From positions 41,652 through 105,651 of the IMG/VR virus record IMGVR_UViG_2799112265_000002: a DNA stretch of 64,000 nucleotides; one strand, 5' to 3'. Positions 58,995-64,000 of the stretch are shown here, piece by piece (position 1 is the stretch's first letter; every line of letters begins with the position of its first letter). A program made the translations under genes and the position numbers. This DNA comes from a virus. Taxonomy: Duplodnaviria; Caudoviricetes. The notes beneath the pieces were generated by a model. It was given only the letters and a program-made list of their open reading frames with translations, had not been told where the DNA came from and made no database searches.

Positions 58995-59889
58995 GGCTGT
59001 ATTCCTCTGCGATGGATCTGATCATGGCGATGGACTTCTCCGGCCGCTCCGAGGCAGCGACCAGCCGCTGGAAAATGTCTTCGTGACGGCGAAGGTCCGA
59101 TTCCTTGTCCAGGTACGTAGCGCTGGTGGGCCCCTCCGAATAGACGATGGATCCTGGGATGTCCTCGAAGGACAGGACAAGGAAGCTGTATCCCATCGAC
59201 TGGTGTGCCCCGGCGTCGAAGGGGAGTACCTGAACAGTGACGTTCGGAAGTGTCTCAGCACGATCCGCCAGCGACACAAGCTGCTCACGCATGACGTCCG
59301 GTGAGCCCACGATCCGGCGGACCACTGCCTCGTTGAGGATGGCCCACAGCCGGGGCGGGTGCCCCGACGTCAGGACGTCCTGGCGCTTGATCCGTGCACT
59401 TGCACGAGCCTCCACCTCGTCGACTGAAAGTTCGGGCTCCAAGGCCCGGATCACAGCCTGCGCGTAACGCTCGGTTTGCAGCAGGCCGGGCACCAGCTCG
59501 GTCTGGCACGCCAGGATCGACGCGGCGTCCGACTCGAAGCCGAGGTACGGCTTGAACCACTCCGGCAGGGCGTCCCCGTAGGAGTGCCACCAGCCGTTCT
59601 GCCGGCTCTGCCGGGTCAGTCCGATGAACTGCCGGACTTCCTCGGGATCGTCAACTCCGTACTCGGCCAGCAGAAGTTTGGCATCCTGGTCAGACAGCGG
59701 GGACTTGCCCCCTTCGATCCGGCTGACCTTGGACTCGGACCACCCGAGCTGCTTGGCAACCTGCGCAGCGGAGAGGTTCTTCGCCCGGCGCAAGTTGCGC
59801 AGCTCTCCACCGAGCCGGCGCCTCAGCACGGTCGGACTGGCTGCCAACGTGACCTCCCAGGTTGCGGGTACTGCTGCACAGTCTGCCAC
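58984..59889 (-). CDS. XRE HTH + DUF5753 (WhiJ-like) regulator
   Basis: RRRLGGELRNLR...SKVSRIEGG...VPGLLQTERYA...E.VVRR..G...QL. Confidence 0.92.
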   Translation of the reverse strand: MADCAAVPATWEVTLAASPTVLRRRLGGELRNLRRAKNLSAAQVAKQLGWSESKVSRIEGGKSPLSDQDAKLLLAEYGVDDPEEVRQFIGLTRQSRQNGWWHSYGDALPEWFKPYLGFESDAASILACQTELVPGLLQTERYAQAVIRALEPELSVDEVEARASARIKRQDVLTSGHPPRLWAILNEAVVRRIVGSPDVMREQLVSLADRAETLPNVTVQVLPFDAGAHQSMGYSFLVLSFEDIPGSIVYSEGPTSATYLDKESDLRRHEDIFQRLVAASERPEKSIAMIRSIAEEYSHAG

Positions 59890-60076
59890 CCCCTTTGGTT
59901 ACGGGACACCCATCACTCTTCCGTGCACGTGCTCGGTTCATGCACTTGCATGACGGACGGATCAAGAGGATGCTACTAGCAGAGCGTGGTGGCCCCGTCA
60001 CTGCGTTCTGCAACTGCACGTCTTGGGGCGCCTGTTCGGGGGGACAGCGTGTGAACGTCGAGCGGAGGAGTGGCAG

Positions 60077-60328
60077 ATGGGTGACACGACGGAGACGACG
60101 AAGACGACAAAGCCCCCCGCGCCTACGAGCTGGTCAGAGGGCGAGGCGCGCACGGCGCTCGTCAAGCTGCGGGACGCGCTGGCGATGGTGAACGTCACCC
60201 TGCCGTCCCTGGGCCTCGACCACGTCAGTGTGATCCACGGCAACCCCCTGATCGAACTCGGCCGGATCCGTCCCGACGTCGCGGAGGAGCTGGCGTACGC
60301 GATCCGGAAGGGGGTCGTCAGTGACTGA
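60077..60328 (+). CDS. small protein of WhiJ-type loci
   Basis: LRDALA...LPSL..D....PLIELG. Confidence 0.65.
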   Translation: MGDTTETTKTTKPPAPTSWSEGEARTALVKLRDALAMVNVTLPSLGLDHVSVIHGNPLIELGRIRPDVAEELAYAIRKGVVSD

Positions 60329-60560
60329 GATCTTCGAGCCCAAGGAGCACACCCTCGTCTGGGACAAGACCCGGGACGACGTGTTCGAGGTCATGGAGGT
60401 CGGACCCTCCCGGGTCGCGCTCCGGCCGCCCGCGGGGGGTATCGAGCGGTGGGTGGAGAAGACCGACATCCGGCCGGCGACCCCGTCCGAGGAGCTGCGG
60501 CCGAAGCTGGCCAAGCGCAACCACGACAGCGCCTGCAACTCCGGAAGCTGGGGGCTGTGA
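60321..60560 (+). CDS. small beta-rich protein of WhiJ-type loci
   Basis: EVME...V.LRPPAGG.E.W. Confidence 0.65.
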   Translation: MTEIFEPKEHTLVWDKTRDDVFEVMEVGPSRVALRPPAGGIERWVEKTDIRPATPSEELRPKLAKRNHDSACNSGSWGL

Positions 60561-60892
60561 TGGGAGCGTTCCGGTTATGGCGCTACATCGAGCACTCCAT
60601 CGGGCTGGACCCGCAGGCCGAGCGGGATATGGAGGACATGGAGTGCACCGGCTGCGACTGGACGGCCAACGGCGGAGGAGAGGGCCTGACCTTCGACCAG
60701 ATCCAGGAAGCGGCCCTGAAACACGCGGGAGCCACGGGTCACCGCGGCTTCCGGCAGACCACGACGAACTACTGGCTGGTCGTCCGGCATGACCAGGACG
60801 TCGCCTCACAGTTGTCCGTCCCGGCGGTGCCAACCCCCACGTCACTCCGCCGGGACGGGCTCCCACTTCGGGGCGCCGATCCGCCCGTGTAG
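60560..60892 (+). CDS. Cys/His small protein with a TTA codon
   Basis: ECTGC...ALKH...GH.GF; codon 6 is TTA (60575-60577). Confidence 0.65.
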   Translation: MGAFRLWRYIEHSIGLDPQAERDMEDMECTGCDWTANGGGEGLTFDQIQEAALKHAGATGHRGFRQTTTNYWLVVRHDQDVASQLSVPAVPTPTSLRRDGLPLRGADPPV

Positions 60893-61160
60893 GCGGTCCC
60901 GAAGCACCCCTCATGAGTTGGCCGTGCCTCCCCTGACGCGGCGAGGGGTGAAGGAACCCCGGCCACCTGCTTTCCCCCGAGGCAGTGGCCGGGGTTTTCC
61001 GCGACATGAGGCCGGCCGCTGACACATTGAGCCCCGTTTGCCAGACTGGCAGGCGGGGCTTCGTGCTGTCCCGAGCAGCTAAGCGGTACAGTGTCCCGTT
61101 TACAGAGTGTCAGGCGCGCGTGCGTCAAGTGCCAGATCGCCCTATGTGGCCTAGGTCACG

Positions 61161-61211
61161 AAAGTGGTTTGTAGGATCCGCTTGAAAAGGTGTTCCTGAC
61201 GCCCTTACAGT
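61161..61211 (+). promoter_or_regulatory. boxed promoter
   Basis: AAAGTGGTT 61161, TTGAAA 61182, TACAGT 61206. Confidence 0.65.
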
Positions 61212-61251
61212 TACTACGTCAGCAAGTACTACTCAGCATCGGAGGAACTCA

Positions 61252-61545
61252 ATGGCCAGCAGAGGCAAGGCAGTTGCTGGAAGTGGAGGCCGGAACAAGC
61301 TGGGGACCAACAAGGAGACCCAGAAGCTGGCCGACCTCGCCCGCGGCCAAGGCTGGACCGTCGAGGTCACCGGGGGCAACCACCTCAAGTGGACCCCGCC
61401 CCCACTGGACAAGCCCCGGAAGAACTGGACCGAGGAGGACAAGGTACGGCAGATCCCCGAAATCAGCGGGCTCACCCCCGCCAACGTAGCTTTCGTCAAG
61501 CTGAAGAGCCGCCTCGCCAAGAAGGGCCTTAATACCCGGCCCTAA
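61252..61545 (+). CDS. HicA-like dsRBD-fold protein
   Basis: LARGQGWTVEVTGGNHLKW..P...TP...LKSRL..KG. Confidence 0.6.
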   Translation: MASRGKAVAGSGGRNKLGTNKETQKLADLARGQGWTVEVTGGNHLKWTPPPLDKPRKNWTEEDKVRQIPEISGLTPANVAFVKLKSRLAKKGLNTRP

Positions 61546-61611
61546 TAGGGCGAGAAACATCCCGGGTACCATTAAAAGTCGCAACCCCCAAAGCGACGGA
61601 CGGTACCCGGG

Positions 61612-61953
61612 ATGTTTCTTTTTCTCGCTTCGGGATCAGGAGGGGGCGGGCTGTCCGTCGATAACCCCCTGGTCCTCGGCCCGATCGCGGCATTCATATT
61701 CGCCGTGTTCGTCACGGAAGTCGTCGTCTCAGGCAAGGCATACCGGCGTGAGGTCGAAGAGAACAAGCGGCTCCGCGCCCTGACCGAGAAGGTCGTCCCC
61801 CTCGCCGAGCAGATGGTCTCCGCCGCCAAGGACCTCGTCCAGGCCACCCGGGACAGTGTCGCCACACAGGCCACCGTCACCGACGTCCTGGAAGACGTAC
61901 TGGACCTGTTTCAGAGCGACGGAGGCCCCCGGCCCCGCCGGAGGAGGCCGTGA
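61612..61953 (+). CDS. single-helix membrane coiled-coil protein
   Basis: Hydrophobic helix, then YRREVEE coiled coil. Confidence 0.6.
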   Translation: MFLFLASGSGGGGLSVDNPLVLGPIAAFIFAVFVTEVVVSGKAYRREVEENKRLRALTEKVVPLAEQMVSAAKDLVQATRDSVATQATVTDVLEDVLDLFQSDGGPRPRRRRP

Positions 61954-62372
61954 TGCCCCTGCTGCCCCAGACACGCGGACGTGACGACATAGCCGACCTG
62001 GAGGACCTGGTGGACCGCTGCGTCGCCGAGGTCGCCAAGGTGGTCGGCTCAACGCCCGAGCACATGCACCGCCTGCGCACCACCCGCGTACGGCTCGTAC
62101 GCCTGCGCACCGGCTTCGCCCAGGCCCGCCAGGAAAGCACCTGAATACAGCCTTGAGAGCAAATACCGCTAGGCTCGAATACCGAGGCAGTCAGTTCCTG
62201 TAGGAGACCCCGCGTGTATGTATCGAGCTGCATTTTTGTAGACGGCCAGCATGTCTATCCAGGACCTGACTGCCCTCATAATCAAGTAGAGGACGAAGAA
62301 GGGCCGGTACAGGAACCGGGCTGGACCGTCCAGCAAAACCGGTAATCCGACCCTGTACGAAAGAGGAACACC

Positions 62373-62771
62373 GTGCCAGCTAAGTCTGCCGCTGCCGACC
62401 AGGTCACTGTCCCCGCCCCGGTCCCGGGCCGCTCGTCCGACTGGGACGCCCCCAACCTTGGCTGGACCGTCCAGTCCGGCGTGAAGTTCGAGAACACCGA
62501 CGCCGTCCCCGGCCAGGTCTTCGTCCAGGCCCAGTTGCCCGACCCGGCCGCCCAGGTTGCCGCCGGCATCGACCCGGCCACGGCCAACGCCGGCCTGGTC
62601 GTTCTGAGCCAGGAGGAGGCCGCCAAGCACCCCGGCGGCCCGGAGGCCGACGACCGCCTCGCCGGCACCGCCGTCTACGAGGGCACCATCAACGCGGGCA
62701 CCGCCACGGCGCCTGGCGCGGGCTCTGCGGCCCCTGCCACCGTCTCCACGGTCGCCAACGTCCCGGCCTGA
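62373..62771 (+). CDS. Ala-rich hypothetical protein
   Basis: GAGG RBS; terminator follows at about 62802-62838. Confidence 0.7.
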   Translation: MPAKSAAADQVTVPAPVPGRSSDWDAPNLGWTVQSGVKFENTDAVPGQVFVQAQLPDPAAQVAAGIDPATANAGLVVLSQEEAAKHPGGPEADDRLAGTAVYEGTINAGTATAPGAGSAAPATVSTVANVPA

Positions 62772-62851
62772 CCCCTCCGGGGTTGATCACCCGGACCGAC
62801 AGCCCCTGCTTCCCCTCACCGGGGCAGGGGCTGTTTTTGTAAGGAGACACA

Positions 62852-63304
62852 GTGCCACCCAGACCACGGCGCGCGAGCAGAAACCCCCGCCTGAACGACT
62901 ACGAGCAGATATCCATGTTCGAGGTCCCCAAGGCAGAGACCCCCCAGCCGCGCCGCCCTACGCCAACCCCGCAGCCCGGATCCCGCCGGGTCATGTCCGA
63001 GGAACTGTCCGACGCCATCCAACTGGCCAAGGATGGCGACGACTCCGAATTGCTCCCGTACCAGCCGACCCCCTCCATCAATCCGCCGCGCCCGAGAACT
63101 CTTGCCGCCGGTTACGACAAGGATTCTCAGACGCTACGGGTGCGATTCAGGAACGGCCAGGTATACGGCTACTACAACGTCCCGCCGAACGTCTGGCGAA
63201 ACTTCCGCCGATGGAAGTCTCCCGGCCGCGGAATCAACCGCGTCCTGAACAACTTCCCCTATGCTCCCGAGCACGATCTCGACGAGCCCACAGGCAACTA
63301 CTGA
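62852..63304 (+). CDS. KTSC-domain protein
   Basis: GYD...TLRVRFRNGQVYGYYNVP...S.GR.IN. Confidence 0.85.
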   Translation: MPPRPRRASRNPRLNDYEQISMFEVPKAETPQPRRPTPTPQPGSRRVMSEELSDAIQLAKDGDDSELLPYQPTPSINPPRPRTLAAGYDKDSQTLRVRFRNGQVYGYYNVPPNVWRNFRRWKSPGRGINRVLNNFPYAPEHDLDEPTGNY

Positions 63305-63343
63305 TTTACCATTTCCGGCCGGCCGGAGAATAGGCTCCATGTC

Positions 63344-63646
63344 ATGCCTGAAACCCGTGACATGGGGCCTTTCTTCGCCCACACCGTAAACCTCACACCG
63401 GAGGCGCCCCTCATTCACCGGGCGCCCACCGACGAGATCGAGCCGCCCTACCGGCGATCCAATTCCGTCATCATCAAGTTCTGGCCGGGAAAAGGAATCG
63501 TCCTCGGCCGCTGGCGCCACACCTGGCGCAATGAGAGCGACGCCCTTTACACCGCCCTCCAGGGATACGGGAACGCCCTCTCCACGGACGACATCCGCGA
63601 CCACGCCCACAGATTCGACGAGGTCGACGATGCCCTCCTCACCTGA
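63344..63646 (+). CDS. hypothetical protein
   Basis: Protein-like ORF in an operon. Confidence 0.55.
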   Translation: MPETRDMGPFFAHTVNLTPEAPLIHRAPTDEIEPPYRRSNSVIIKFWPGKGIVLGRWRHTWRNESDALYTALQGYGNALSTDDIRDHAHRFDEVDDALLT

Positions 63647-63727
63647 GAACACCGCGGAAGAGAAGGAAGCGGCCCGCCGGGTCGTGGCCGGCAAGACAGA
63701 CGACATGGAAGAGGAGTACGAGGTCCT

Positions 63728-64000
63728 GTGCGCGCTTGGACTTTTGTGAAGGGACTCTGGCAGGGCGCCGACGGCGCGGCCGAGGAGAAGGTCGACCCGG
63801 TCCGTGGGAAGGTCGCCAAGCGGCTGGACCGGCTGCCGACCGGGGACGTGCTCGACTGGGCGGACAGTGTCGGCAGCGGCCTGGCGAAGGCTCTGGACGA
63901 CTACCGCAAGCAGGCCACTCCGGAGAGCCTGCTGGAGGCCCGCCGCGGGGCACAGAGCCTCCTCGGAGTGCTGGATGTGCTCTCCCGACGGGAGGCATGA
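63728..64000 (+). CDS. hypothetical protein
   Basis: GAGG RBS before GTG; ends at TGA 64000. Confidence 0.55.
   Translation: MRAWTFVKGLWQGADGAAEEKVDPVRGKVAKRLDRLPTGDVLDWADSVGSGLAKALDDYRKQATPESLLEARRGAQSLLGVLDVLSRREA

Larger units (their letters stand above)
1615..61536 (+). repeat. dispersed polar 9-mer CTTAATACC (26 copies)
   Basis: Starts at 1615, 4936, 6160, 6948, 8936, 9504, 10408, 11922, 13179, 13623, 15914, 17744, 21362, 21386, 22805, 23868, 24668, 30675, 45983, 47390, 49799, 51255, 56086, 57395, 58156, 61528. Confidence 0.95.

Noticed and set aside
1615-61536. CTTAATACC as a T7-like or late promoter
   Set aside because: It shares only TAATAC with the T7 promoter, most copies are mid-gene or near gene ends, flanks are not conserved, and no phage RNA polymerase is in the window. 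Not fully excluded.
62143-62185. Three AATAC half-sites as CTTAATACC copies
   Set aside because: They lack the CTT half and were not counted.
1-64000. Prophage integration module
   Set aside because: No integrase, att site or flanking host housekeeping genes were seen. The tRNAs lie among phage genes.

Overview
A 64-kb segment of a large, high-GC, apparently lytic actinobacteriophage, most likely infecting Streptomyces (WhiB, Lsr2, an XRE-DUF397 pair, a TTA codon, a ydaO-type riboswitch). Almost all genes are on the + strand. 1-18.5 kb: replication and nucleotide metabolism (DnaB, primase, SNF2 helicase, SSB, PolA, NrdJ, RecA, Cas4-like nuclease, ThyX, dNMP kinase, resolvases, SpoVS-like). 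18.6-31 kb: unknown genes, a GH25 endolysin and a nucleotidyltransferase / ParB-like / HAD-like / TGT-like cluster. 31-46 kb: small early-type genes behind repeated promoters, including a compositionally distinct 38.1-42.5 kb block bounded by two repeat arrays (possible genome terminus or origin). 46-64 kb: RNA repair genes, four tRNAs, a riboswitch-controlled LysM-NlpC/P60 hydrolase, metallophosphoesterase, MazG-like, XRE-DUF397 module and KTSC. The main unexplained signal is the asymmetric 9-mer CTTAATACC, found 26 times, always on the + strand, embedded in frame as Leu-Asn-Thr, and absent from 30.7-45.9 kb. Also notable are a phage-borne c-di-AMP riboswitch, a promoter class with an AAAGYRGTT box exactly 21 bp upstream of -35, and an exact 23-bp-period ATCGGA array. 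All calls come from reading motifs by eye; no database search was run.
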